Positions 1-12,478 of a stretch of DNA of 64,000 nt are shown one piece after another. The DNA is taken from positions 96,040,001 to 96,104,000 of the forward strand of contig NC_087436.1 of assembly GCF_036321535.1 (NCBI RefSeq), read 5' to 3'. Numbering within the stretch: the first letter of the stretch is position 1; each line of letters starts with the position of its first letter. The DNA comes from Camelus dromedarius. Lineage: Eukaryota. The notes beneath the pieces were generated by a model that saw only the letters and a program-made list of their open reading frames with translations, was not told where the DNA came from and searched no databases. A program made the position numbers and the translations under genes.

Positions 1-640
1 ATGAGAAATCAGTTTCCCAACTTTTTAAAGATACAAAAAAGACCGTTTATACCTTTTTATTGTCTGATATCTTCATATTTTTAATAATATTAATACTCCA
101 TTAACATTCTTTTATGACAGAAATGAATGAAAAGGCAAGAATAGATAGTTCAAATAACAGAATTTTTATAAATTGTTACGACATTTCTCTCAACACTCAT
201 TACCAATGAAGTAGGGGATAAGCTAGATATTTCACACCTGTGAAAACATATCCCTGGACAGCTTATGAATTTGATAGAACATTTTGAAATTCTTGGATCT
301 AGAATCTATTTCCTCCAAAGATATTATAAATTTAGCTAATTTTTTACAGGATAACTTGTTAACATTGGCTGTTAATGAAGCACTGAGATGAATTATTTTG
401 GATAAGAATTAATGAATATCCTAAGCTTGCTAAAATTGCTCTGACATCTCTATTCCATTTCTGTCAAATTACTTCTGTGACACTGGCTTCTCTGCTATGA
501 GTTTAGTAAGACAAGTTATAGAAGCAGTTTCGACATATCCTTAGTAAGTAATAGTCACCTGCTAACCCACGTTAGCTAAATTAACAGGAAGGAAGCAGCT
601 CATTTTTCCCCATTGAAAACTTTAAACATTGATATTTCCT
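1..640 (+). mobile_element. Decayed hAT (Charlie/Buster-type) DNA transposon, transposase C-terminal region
   Basis: 396-452 translates FWIRINEYPKLAKIALTSL. After a frameshift, 455-502 gives PFLSNYFCDTGFSAMS, matching the hAT dimerization motif (FW..EYP.L...A...L.PF.STYLCE.GFS). It ends in a degenerate QAH-SH-stop-like tail near 595-616. Confidence 0.75.
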
Positions 641-835
641 TGATCACTTTCTGGGCCGCGATTGCAGTGGTTAGTATGAGTGGGGACTGCAAGACTTTGG
701 GAGTGAACAGAAGGATAAGTTGATGTATAAACTGAATCCAGCCAAGTGAACCATGTAACACCTTCCTTCCTTGAAGCTGAGGAGTCATGGCCCAGAAACT
801 CCAAATAGATTAAGAATGTAAAAACAAACAAAACC

Positions 836-884
836 AGAGAGAGAGAAATTGAGAGAGAGAAATTGAGAGAGAGAAAAGGAGAGC
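836..884. repeat. (GA)n-based tandem repeat with AATT spacers
   Basis: GAGAGAGAGAAATT unit seen about three times in tandem. Confidence 0.8.
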
Positions 885-1224
885 GAATTTCCCATCTGGG
901 TCACCAACAAAAACCTAGTTAGCAGCCCAGTCAGATCATTTGATGATCTCAAGCAAGCAAAGAAAGTAACTTCAAAAACTATATGAAATGGTAGTCACTC
1001 TTCCCCCTCCAAATTATGAAGAACATGGAGATATTTCTCAGTGGATAAGCATCTCTCATCCTTGGGAAGATACAGAATTAAGAGAAATGTTCAAGAGAAT
1101 GGAGCACTTACCATTAATATTTATTAAGGTGGAGGGATCGACACATATTTGGGAAGAAATCAGGGCCTTTCTCTACCTCTCTCTCCCTTCCAATCAGAGG
1201 GTTTCCCATGGTCCCTGCAGCTGG

Positions 1225-1420
1225 TAAGAGCCTCGGCTTCAGACCTGAATGAGCACGGACTTTAACCCCACCATCATCACTTCCAGAGATGTGATCCGTA
1301 ATAAGTTCTTTGCCTCTCTAAGCCTCAGTTTGCTCATCTATTTAATACTGTTCACCTGATAGCACTCTAAGGCCTAGAGGACACGTGTAGGATGTCGGTA
1401 CAGAATAAGTGCTTGATGTA
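1225..1420 (+). mobile_element. MIR SINE
   Basis: Contains a MIR core-like segment ctctctaagcctcagtttgctcatcta. Confidence 0.65.
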
Positions 1421-1427
1421 GAGTGGT

Positions 1428-1850
1428 GTCTCCAGTTATCTGTTGCCAAGTAACAAACCACACCAAGCTATGGGTGTTAAAACAACAACCATCTTTGTTA
1501 TGCCCATGGATTCCTTGGACCAGGAATTCAGAAAGGGCATGGCAGAAACAACTCTTCTCTTCTCCGTGATGTCTGGGATCTGAGTTGGAGTGACTCAAAT
1601 GGCTGAGGGTAAATCGAATGGGTGGGGGTTGGAATAGCTGGGGCTGGGGGATCCACTCTCACAGTGGTTTCTCTACTCAAGCACCTAGTGCCTGAGCTGA
1701 GATGGCTAAAGAATGTGCCCAGCTAAGATTGTTCACAGCAGCGCTTACACACACGCCCTTTCCACGTGGCTTGGCTTCCTTAGAGCCTGGCAACCTCAGG
1801 GCAGTCAAATTTCTCAGTGATGACTCAGAACTAACTCAGTATCAAAAGCT
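1428..1850 (-). mobile_element. MaLR MLT1-family LTR
   Basis: Begins cagttatctgttgccaagtaacaaaccacacc...ttaaaacaacaa, the reverse complement of the MLT1 3' end. Confidence 0.7.
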
Positions 1851-2525
1851 ACTGTGGCAGTTTTAAATCATGGCCCCACGTTCCTGATACTCTTCCTATC
1901 AAGAAACCTCTGATGAATCTTTTAAGAAAGGAATGCACGAGTACTGTAAAACCTCCCAAAGTCTGTTAGTTACTACACTAGGTGTGCAGGAGTAGGAGCA
2001 GTGATAAAATACATTATCAGAATTTCCTGAGGTGGGCAAGGTATGAATTGGAGATGTGGAGGTTTTAGGTCTGGGCCCCTAATTCTCCTTGGCTCTTAGT
2101 GATTCTTGGCGAGGTTTGTTCCACCCCTCTCCCTGCCTCCCATCATATAGCTTCTTCACTAGGGCAGCTCCTTGTTCTGGCCATGACGGCCGTTGGTGAG
2201 CTCCACTTCTGCCCTAGCTGGCTCTCTGACTTCCTGACTCGCAAGCCTCTTGGCTCTGACTCCTCCGCCTTCAGTCCTGTTTTCTTCTGAGGATACAATG
2301 ATGGGAGGGCAGGAAACATAGGTAAGCTGTAGAGATTTGCATACAAGTGCAAAGAATGAGGAGTAGGGTACAGATTGCTTAGCCTTTACTAGAAGGGCAG
2401 CACTAGGTAAAATCGTGTATTTGTTTCTTAAAACAAATGTATCTTGGACACAGAAGACTTTCAAAGTGGAGTGCTGTCATTTTGCATATGCACCCTCACC
2501 AACATTTAAATATAATGGTTTTTTT

Positions 2526-2603
2526 CTGTACACCTGATACTAACACTACATTATAAATCAACAATACTTCAATAAAAATAAATTAATTTTAAAATTTAAA
2601 AAA
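2526..2603 (+). mobile_element. 5'-truncated L1 3' terminus with A-rich tail
   Basis: ctgtacacctgatactaacactacattataaatcaacaatacttcaataaaa, flanked by direct repeats taaatataa(t/c)ggtt at 2507-2520 and 2604-2617. Confidence 0.8.
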
Positions 2604-3689
2604 TAAATATAACGGTTCTTTTAAGAAGAATGCTATTCTATTATTTTGCTTCTTTCTGGCGGGCATCGCAGGCTTATGCCGCTAGCTAGTTAACCATTAA
2701 AGAGTCTTCCTGCTGTGGTTTATTAAAAGGTTCCATAGCTTCAAAGAGTTACGGTGTTTCCCTCTCTGCCTACTGAACTCGGTGTGGGCAGAGGATAATG
2801 AGAATGTGGCCAAGGTCATGGGCATTTGACACTGCTGCCTCTTAGTCACCCTGGGCACTCCTGGCTCTTTCAGATGACTGTTTGTTGTTTAACCCAGAAG
2901 TATTAGGGGACTGAATGGGCGAGGCTGCGCAAACCATTGCCACATCTGAGGAGCGCTGAGCCTCTGTGTGAGCAGCGTCTAACATCAGGAGATAATTGGG
3001 CAGTGGGGAGCCTAGAATTCAAAGGGAAACTTTTCCCTGAGCTTTGTTTTTTTTGTATTCTCTTGGCAGGCTTCAATTTTGCCTCTCAGTTTGTTAAGCA
3101 CCTGCACTTTAAGTCCCTTTCTTTACTCTGTAATTTTTATGGTGATCATAATTGAGCTTTATACAATCTCCTCCAATCCTATAGGCTTTTGGATGCTGTC
3201 TCTCTGTTTGAGGTTAGATTTAAGAGCTTCTTCCACATAAATTTTTTACTTTAGGAGTTGTTTTGGTATTTCTCTGGAAACCACACACTGAGTCAGAATG
3301 AAACCATTTTAGAACATCTCCCTAAATTGAATATGGTAGAAGAGTGAATCCATCCAAGGATCATGCTCATCCAAGGACCATGCTCGATGGACAAGGTTTG
3401 ATTGCTGTTCAGCTGAATTTGGGAATTTATTCTACTGAGTGGACTCTGCGGGCTGAGGACAAAAACTGAATTGCTTCGGGATTTCTCGGAGCTGCTTATA
3501 TTGGATGGGAATAGAAAATTGACGGGAGGTGAATATAGAAAACAGACACCTGGGTGGGAGGAAGAAGAGTTTGGAAAGAGAACAGATAAGGTTAATGGAG
3601 GAGTGTGATTAAGCTTAGCTGGATGAGGTGTGATGTATCTTCTCCTCAGACTCCTCACAAAGGGTATAAAATTGATTTTTTAGTTAGGG

Positions 3690-4030
3690 TTTTCTTTTTA
3701 GGTCAGATTTAGATTACAACAGAAAAGTTGGGAGAACAGTACAGAGAGTTTGCATATACCCTCCCCTAAACCCAGTTCCCTTTATTAGTAACACCTTATG
3801 TAAGTATAGTACATTTGTCACAGTTAATGAGCCAATATTGATGCATTATTATTAATTACAATCCATAATCTATTTAGATTTCCTTGTTTTTTTTAACCTA
3901 ATATCTTGTCTTTTTGTTCCAGAATTTCATCTAGGATCCCACATTGCATTCAGTTGTTGTGTCTCCTTTGGCTCCTCTTGGCTGTGACAATTTCTCAGAC
4001 TTTCCTTGTTTTTTTAATGACCTTGACAGT
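3690..4030 (-). mobile_element. Old L1MC-type 3' end
   Basis: ttagattacaacagaaaagttgggagaacagtacagagagtttgcatatacc and ggatcccacattgcattcagttg match the antisense L1MC 3' UTR. Confidence 0.7.
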
Positions 4031-4032
4031 TC

Positions 4033-4250
4033 TTTTTAAATTGAAGTATAGTTTACTTATAATATTATATTAATTTCAGGTGTACAACATAGTCATTTGA
4101 TACTTTTATAGATTATACTCCATACAAAATTATTATAAAATATTGACTATGTTCCCTGTGCTGTACATTACACCTTTGTAACTTACTTGTTTTATACCTA
4201 GGACTTTGTACCTCTTAATTCCCTTCTCCTATTTTGCCCCTTCCCCCCAC
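4033..4250 (-). mobile_element. Cetartiodactyl-type L1 3' end
   Basis: aattgaagtatagtttacttataatattatattaatttcaggtgtacaacatagt is the reverse complement of the L1 terminus seen elsewhere in the window. Confidence 0.75.
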
Positions 4251-5784
4251 CTGACCTCTTCAGTTTTCCAAACCCAACATGTATTACTTTTGCAGCCAGG
4301 AAAGTGATTCTCTGCTGAACATTTGAACTTTACCTCAGCAGTTAATATATTCTGTCTTGTTTGCAATACTTTTATAAGGATGTTCAATTATGTCATCATA
4401 AGTGCCTTACATCTATTGACACAGCATGCTTCTTCTCAGCATCATCTATTCAGACCTCATGAGAATCCTTAGAGATGATATTTTTGCCTAGCACTGAGAG
4501 TTGTACAGAACAGAAGATGAAAAGGCTGGCAGAGTTTCATCCAATTTGATAGACTGAAAAATGTGACTCTGGGGATTGGCAGTGATTCACCAAGGGCTAA
4601 GCAGAGAGTACAAGGCTGGGATGAGTCCCAAGAAGCCCCAAGTTCTAGCTGAATAAGCAGACGTCTAGACATGGTGTCCAGAATGTCCACTTGAGTGTAA
4701 AGTGATTACTCAGAGACAGCCTGTCAACAAACACTGGCATATTTGCTGTATAATGTGTGACATTTCACAGGGAAGTGGTTGAAACTCCAATGCAAGTGGA
4801 ATGAACTGCTCAAAAATACTTTCCTGGCTCCTAAAGTATGCTTACATTTACTTGTTGGAAAATCCACCAGTTGATTTATGGATTTGTGCTCAGGACAGTG
4901 CAGTTAAAGATTCCTATTGTATCTAGGTTGAAATATATTAATAAATCAGTATCTCTAGCAAAGACATCTTGTGCTAAAATTTTTAAAGTTTCTTTATGAT
5001 CCTAGCATTTAAAAAATCGATACAAGCTTGATTTCCGTTTAGTAAATGAAACTAGTAAGGAACTAAAAATAATTCACTTGAATCCTTGACTACAGTATTT
5101 TTTACTTGATGCTAATTATATTTGTTGTTATTCTCTGAGTCCCTTTGGAAGCCTTTTTTTAACCGAGTTAAACAGCTTATACTAGAATTTATCATGTAAA
5201 ACTAGAGTGTAAGTGAAAATAATTTCTATATAGTGTTTAAGAAGATAAATTCAAACATAGATCCATCTGATTCTGAACAGATCTCCAATAATATTAAAAA
5301 TTGTTTAAAGTTATTTTTCTTATTTTGTAAACCTTGGAGTGAGTCACTGCATTTCTAGAAAATGAAATGCATGGTATGATCATAGTGTATATAGATTTGG
5401 GTATGAGGTTGAATTTATGCCTATTCTCAAATACTGCATTTTTTTAAGCACATAAAAATATTCTTACTAATAACACTGAAAAGTTCCCACCACCAGGCAT
5501 TGTGGAGACTTGCCAATTGCAATTTTGAATCATGTGTATTTTTCTGGTTCAAGTAGAGTACATCCAGTAGCTCAGCATTTCCCCTTCATTGTTGATTCTA
5601 CTCTATTCTTGGGACCTTGTTCCCAAGAATTGGTACTAGAAAGGGGTGGGATTTTTCTACGGTACAGAGGTGACCCCGTTCTACAAATTTTATAATATAG
5701 TTACAGACACTGGAACCCGGGAACTTCCACACTACCAGAGGCACCAAAGATCCTCTTGGTACCATTTTGAACACTGAATTTTTA

Positions 5785-6188
5785 TTTTATTTTATTTTTC
5801 TGAAAAGGTTTTATTACGCGCAGACGGGTGGGAGGGGCTCAGTCCCTCTTGGCGCCGCTTTCCTTACGGCGGCCAGGACGTTGCTCAGCTCTTCTCTCTT
5901 CGTCTGGCGCGGATGTGTGTCCCCACCCATTTCTTGATGAACTTGAGGGCCCGCTTGTCCTTGCAGACCTTGAGCAGCTGCACGGCCCGCCGCTCATAAA
6001 GGCGACGCCACACACGTCCCGGGCCATGTCCCGCACGAACTTGGTGTGCTTGGTGAGGTGCCTGCGGCGGCGGCTGTGCCTCGGCTTGCTCACGTTCTTC
6101 GTCACCTTGTGGCCTTTGCTGAGGCCCACGGCCATGGGGTAGCGCAGAGCCACGGCTGCTGCTTCCCAATGGCTGCCACGGCGGAAGG
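5785..6188 (-). pseudogene. RPL36: Processed pseudogene (retrocopy) of 60S ribosomal protein L36
   Basis: Intronless. Translates [30 protein letters not shown]...[10 protein letters not shown] and, in other frames, [23 protein letters not shown] and ELSNVLAA. Start ATG is mutated to GTG (6153-6151), there are three 1-nt deletions, and the stop is at 5841-5839. The 5' end is pyrimidine-rich CCTTCC (TOP-like). AATAAA at 5815-5810, A-rich tail 5799-5785, and a perfect 17-bp TSD tgaacactgaattttta at 5768-5784 and 6189-6205. Confidence 0.97.
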
Positions 6189-7552
6189 TGAACACTGAAT
6201 TTTTAAAGACTCTGCCTTCCTAGAATGAAGAATGGTAGAAAAGAGCTTTGGCAGCTGTCAGGTTTTGTGCCACACTGAGCCTATCTACCTTGGCGTGACT
6301 TTCACAAATCCACAGACAGTGACACCACAACTCCTAATCAGGCCGAACAGAAGCATCATGGTGCTGAATAATGATCCTAATTATGCTCTGTCTCAAAGGT
6401 GAGGCAAACACGTTTTGCATGTTTCCTTTTTATTCCTTTCACTGACCCAGATGTCGTGTTTTGGATTTCAATATTGGATATGTGATTGCATACACTCAGT
6501 ACCATATTGGAACCACCCATTATTTGAGTCCACGTTTCATGCACCGAGGGTCTCTTATGACTGTAATTTCTTAGATTGTAGCTGAAAGCCTGTGACTTAA
6601 AAGAGCTTTGATGTGCATTTGACCTACACTAAGCATCTCTGGTCTGGACTAGAACGTTTCATATGAGGCTTTCTCCAACACGTTAAGCTCATTTTCCAGT
6701 GAAATAAAATGGCTTCTAACTTTTCAGTGTTGACAGGGAGAAATCACAAGGACAATTTGTCTTGGTAGCTAGAGAGCCCATCCCTGTAAGAGGTCATTCA
6801 AGTAATCGTTTTACCATGGTTTCAGATGCATTTCAAGGCAGCTCCTTTCTCAGGATTAAGCAGAAACTTGCAACAAAGGTTAACCTTTTGATAGTTGAGT
6901 ATCTGATGCACTCTAATCTTAACCTATTCAAGTAATTTTAACCCTTACAACCAGAACCTCCCTACTTTCTTTGGACCTCACTATGCTAGAGCTGTGGGAA
7001 ACACTCTTCCTTTATAGGGTTAGCTCCAACTCTACCTCTAGCTCTTTGTCCATTCACTTTCTAGCTGACATCACCTCTGAAATGGATCCTGGGCTTTCAT
7101 TTTCCCTTTGTCCACTCTCCTCTATTTTAGACACCAGGACTTGCTCATTGGGTATGTATATTGAACATGCTGATTTTGTTACAATAAACAAAGTCAGATG
7201 TCAGGCTGGGAAAATGGCAACTGATCATATCTCCACTCAGGGCAAGCCTCCCTCTTACCACGAGGACGAGCAGCACGTGTGTCATTAGAGGTTATTTTTC
7301 CTATGGGCCTATTACAGTCTCCTTTCTCATGGGGTGCTCCTTTACTGGATGAACAGCTTCATCAGTTTCAGTCAGCACTTTTCAGAGTATGGGCATAGGC
7401 ACGGCTTTTTGAGTCATGGATCATGATTCATGAGTCATGTGTCTCCTCAATTCCTGGAGGCAGTTTTACCTCCAACATAGCATCAGAGAAGCCCAGAATC
7501 TGGCTAAAGATCACTCTTGGCTGTGCTACCTTGAAATGTGATTCAGTAACTC

Positions 7553-8260
7553 ACGCATTTATTCATCCAACAAATATTCATTGAGCACCCTCATATGCCA
7601 GCCTCTAAGCCCAGTAATAGTGATACAAAGATGAGCAAAATACTACGTCATCTCTGTCCTCAAGGAGCTTGCTGTTTACTCTGTTTGGTTGGTTATTAAT
7701 CAATGAAACAAGTAAGTGGAATCTTTTAAACTGTGGTAAGTGCTACAAGATTAAGGAAGCCTTCCTTGATAAGTGATGATTTGAGATGAAACCTGAAGAA
7801 AGGATGGGATTTGACTAGGTGAAGAGAGAGGTAAAGAACTTCCTAGATAGTGGCAACTGCATATTCAAAGGCCCTGTGGCAAGAGAAAGCAAGATGTGAT
7901 CTGAGTGTGGTTGGCAGCTGGGGAGGGCATGGTCCAGTATGAAGTTGGAAAGGTGGGCAGGAGCCAAATCATGCAGGACCCCTTGTGGTCATGTTGAGGA
8001 TTTGGTATTTATCCTCAAAGCAATGGGAAGCCATCTAAGTGCTTTGGTGGAGGGAGAAAGTGGTAAAGTCATCAGATTTATGTTTTGAAAATCGCTGATG
8101 GTAGTGTAGGGCAGAGGTAGGTGAGGACTAAGATATAAGTATGGAACCAGTCAGATAAGGCCATTGGAGTAATGCAGGTGAACAGGAAGGAAGCACAGTC
8201 TATAGGGGTGGCTACAGAGAGAGGAGGGTGGATGCCAGGTATGTTTAGGACTCAGTCACA
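7553..8260 (-). mobile_element. L2 LINE 3' portion
   Basis: catttattcatccaacaaatattcattgagcacc terminus, followed by typical L2 body (caaaggccctgtggcaaga, gcaatgggaagccat). Confidence 0.8.
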
Positions 8261-9274
8261 GTTTGACTATAAGAAACGAGCAAATAGAGATTTCAAGGAT
8301 GAGCAGAGAAAGACTATTTGGAGGGATCAAAGTTATCTCCATGAATATTTTGTGTTCATCTTTTCAGGTTCCTTTGAAATATATATATATTTGATAGACT
8401 GCTCTTGTCTTGAAAAATTAGGGAACAGGGATTTTCTAGGGAGACTTTAGTCTATAGTCAAGGGTAGTTGTTGACCATCATGTTGAGGTCCTCAGAGCTT
8501 TAGTGAGGATGGTTCATTGGGAAGACCAAACATATAGGTTAAATGATAAACATTTCCTACAGATATTGGTAGTTGGCAAACACGTCAACTACCCTCTTGT
8601 CATCCACACTTGAGGAACTGGTAAATTTCCTCTGGTCCATGCAGCCATAAGTTCCTTTCTGTTGATGGCTGTTTTGGTAATCATAGCTTCCTTCTGAACT
8701 ATGATAAAGAAACTCTTAATCAAACCAGTCCATCTGTGTTTGAGACTTTCTCCAGTCATTTCTGTTTGCTGATTATCTATCTAGGCTGTTAATTGGCTAC
8801 ATTCCCTATAAAATGCACCATCTTGTATAGTGTTTGTTTTCTGAAGGGCAACCCTGGAGAAGACACCAGATTAACAGATATTACATTTATTGAAGCCTTT
8901 TTATCACCTTAGTCCCAACCCTGGGGTTAAACAGAATTCTATTTTATGTTTACTCTTCCTGGAAACTCTACTGTGAATAGTTCACTTGGAATAAGACAGA
9001 TTTGCCTGGGAGCTTTATCAAACCTGAACCTCAGAAGACAAATTGGTCAGGTTGCTTCTTCAGTGTCCTTCTTCTAGTCACATTTAACACTCAGAGAACT
9101 CAGACTCACAGGGGATGCAGGGAATCTCCCCACTGGAGAGCACAAGTACTATGGGTTCTTCACCAACCTTCAGTATTAACTGACTATTGCAAGGAGCAGC
9201 TGGGTTCATGATGTCAAACATTTACTGAACATTTACTATGTGCCAGGTACAGTGATATGTGTTTTATATGCATT

Positions 9275-10085
9275 TAAAGCATCTCATTGAGGTGTGACAT
9301 GTAGTAAGGTGCATGGAGCTTTATTGTAGAATGTAAATCTCAACGAATTTTTGTATATTATGCACTATGTAACTACCTTCCATACCCAGATCATGATATA
9401 GCAGATTTCCAACACCCAGTAAGACTCCTTCATTCCCAGACAATACCTTTACCTCCTCCATGGTAAACATTATTTTGAGCTCTATCATCATAATTTAGTT
9501 TTGCCTGTTCTTGAACTTTATACAAATGGAATCAGACACTGTGTGTAGGAGAGTCATCCATGTTGTTGCATGTAGCAGTAGTTTATTCATTTTTTATTGC
9601 TATGTAGTTTTCCATTGTGTAACTATATCATAATTTATTTATCCATGGTTGTTTTGATAAGACATTTGAGTTATTTTTAGTTTCAGGCTATTATAAATAA
9701 AGTTGTGAATGTTATCATGTTCTTTTTTTTGATGGCTATCTTTTGGATATATATGTCAAAGTGGAATTACTGAATCATGAAATACATTTAGTATACATTA
9801 GTAGATACATCCAAACAGTTTTCAAAAATGGTTATACCAGTTTGTACACTTACTAGCAGTTTCTAAGATAATTACATTTGCTCCACATCATCACCAACAC
9901 TTAATATTATCAGTGTTTAATTCTAGCCATCTGGTGCATCTTGTAGTTTTAATTTGTATTTCCCCAATGACAATGATGTTAAGCACTTTTTAATACACTT
10001 ACTGGCCAATTTGGGAAACGTTTTTTGTGAAGGGTCTTTTGGGCCATATTTTTTTTAGTGTTGTTTTTCTTATTGAATTCTAGCT
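9275..10085 (-). mobile_element. Old L1M 3' region, interrupted by a MaLR element and resuming at about 12480-12620
   Basis: ttagttttgcctgttcttgaactttatacaaatggaatca and catccatgttgttgcatgtagcagtagtttattcattt are antisense L1M motifs. Confidence 0.75.
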
Positions 10086-10087
10086 TG

Positions 10088-12478
10088 CTGTGTTGGTTAT
10101 CTAACAATATACAACGTATTACCCCAAAATTTAGTGGCTCAAAATAAGAACAATTATTTTAATGTTCTCTCCATGATTGTGGGAGTTTACTGGGCTCAGC
10201 TGGTAGTCCTCACTTTGGGTCTCTTGTGAGGTTGCATTCAGATGGTGACCAGGACTGGCATTATCTGAAATCTCAACATACCTGATGCCTGGGCTTAAAC
10301 AGCTGGAGACTGGAAGAGGTGGAGCTCCTCAGGTATCTCCCTATAACTTGATGTAATTTTGTCTCATGGCCTCTTTAGCGTAGGGCTTCAGCACGTCCTA
10401 CATGGTGGCTGGCTCAGGGTTCCAAAAGGCTTATGTCCCAAGAGAACGATCCAGAAGTTGAATCACTTTTTATAGTCTAGCCTCAGAAGCCACATAGTAT
10501 CATTTACACCACTGAATATTAATCAAAGCAGTTGCAAAGGCCTATCTAGGTTTAGGAGAGAAAACATAGATTCCACCTTCTGATTGAGGGGAGTGGCAAC
10601 TATTTGGAAGAACATGTGAGGCCAAAAATATTTCTGTGGCAATTTTTTGAAAATAAAATCTACTACAGTATGCCATCTGGACACAATCCACATTCCTCTC
10701 GCAGGCAAGATATACTTACCTCCTTCCCAAAGATCTCCCAGCATCTCATCTCATTATAACAATATCTGAAGCTTGAGGTCCCAAGATGAGCTTATCATCT
10801 AAATCTGGTCCTGATGTGGATAAGGCTTCTCAGGTACAGTTCCTTGAATACCATCCACCTCCATCCCCATCCTTATCTGAAGACCTGTGAACTAAAGTTG
10901 TCTGCCCGGCACATTCCCAACATACAATAATGCAACAGTCATAGGCGAGTTGCAATAAACACTCTTGGTTAAAATTGAGGGTGAGGGTTGGGAGGCATAC
11001 AACAGTTACTGGTCTGTATTCTGGCTGGGTACATGCAGGGCTGAGTCCACTTCCTGGTAATGAGTCTCTGTGGCTCTTAGTTTCAGTCTTTGGGCTCTTG
11101 GTTCCACCTTCAGGATTATCCTTCTTCCTCCAATAAATGTAGCCTGTGTTTGCAGCTGAGTAGTTTTCTAAGCCTTCTTCCTGTCCATAGATGTTTGAAG
11201 GTCTCCAAACCTCTTTCCATTGTGTACTGTCTTGGTCCATTTTAGTACAAACTGTTACAATTCCTTTAAAAAAAACCTTTATGGATTTATTTTAAAATCA
11301 AGAGTCCAAACATTATGCAAAACCATACCTCCATGTCATTTCGAGACAAGCCCTTCCCTCTGGTTGGCTCTCTGTAACCCTTCTGTAAGAACCAGGCTCC
11401 TTGTAAAGCTGAACTCCCTGTAAACGGACTGGTATTCTGAGAAGCCCTATTGCTTAAGAGTCTCTTCATTAAGGACTATTTGTCAGTTTGCAAGGGTCTG
11501 TGAAATACTATCAGGTCTTAACAAAGGCACTTAGTGGCACACCCTCAGTTTCATCTTCAGACCATGTTTTCATCCTCATGCCCTGGATTTGATCTCTGCT
11601 TAAAGTCATTTCTTAATTTGAGCTTTTTTTCTTTTTTACCATATGAGTCTGGGAATAAGAAATAACTTCATTTTTGAGCCCAACCAGTCCCAGACCCTCT
11701 ATGATGCCCAGTTTATTTCTCTCCTTATTTAGTTTCTCTCTCTCCTCACCTATTTTACTACAGGCAGTGAGAAGAAGCCAGGTGGTACGCACAACACTCT
11801 GTGTGGAAATGTCCTTGGCTATATCACCTACTTCATTATGCAGATTTTCTATTTTCCACATAGCCACAGGTTACAGTGTTGTTAAACTTTCCATCACTAT
11901 ATCATAGGGTTCCTTCCCCCCAACCCCCACCCCTAGTTTCCAAATCACTCTCCTCACTTATTTTAAGCTCTCACCAGCAGCGTACTCAAGGCTCTTGTTT
12001 CCATAATAGCTTCAGGCCCAAGCAGCTTCTGCCTAACTCCTCCCCCAAAGGCACTCCCTCTGCCTCCCCCACCAAGCCTCAACTGGGGCAGCTCTACAGT
12101 GGGCAGGAACATTTGCTCTCGGATGACTCACTCACGAGGCTGGCAAGTCGACGCTGACTATTAGCTGGGTTGAGTGATGAAGGCCTTGGTTCCCACCCAG
12201 ATGGGCTTTTTCATATGGTTTATATTTCCTCATAGTGTGGTGGATGGATTCCAAGAATGAATGTCCCAAGAGAAATGAAAACTGTATTTTTTTTTTAACA
12301 ATCTAGCCTTGGAAGTCCCGTAGCATTGCTTCTGCCATTAGTCAAAATAGTCACAAAGGTCCATCCAGATTCAAGGGAGGAACATAAACTGTACCTTTAG
12401 ATAGGATGGCAGCAAAGTTCTGAATGAGCACACGACATGGGAAATATTATCACAGACATTCTGGAAAATATAATCTGC
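10088..12478 (-). mobile_element. Near-complete MaLR (MLT1) provirus: LTR - internal - LTR
   Basis: LTR at about 10088-10667 ending gaaaataaaatctactaca. The internal region carries an ORF remnant at 11613-11867 (-), WKIENLHNEVGDIAKDISTQSVVRTTWLLLTACSKI, resembling the MaLR internal ORF. A second related LTR at about 12090-12478 ends ggaaaatataatctgctg. Confidence 0.8.

Noticed and set aside
5828..6142. 104-aa + strand ORF
   Set aside because: Antisense shadow of the RPL36 retrocopy.
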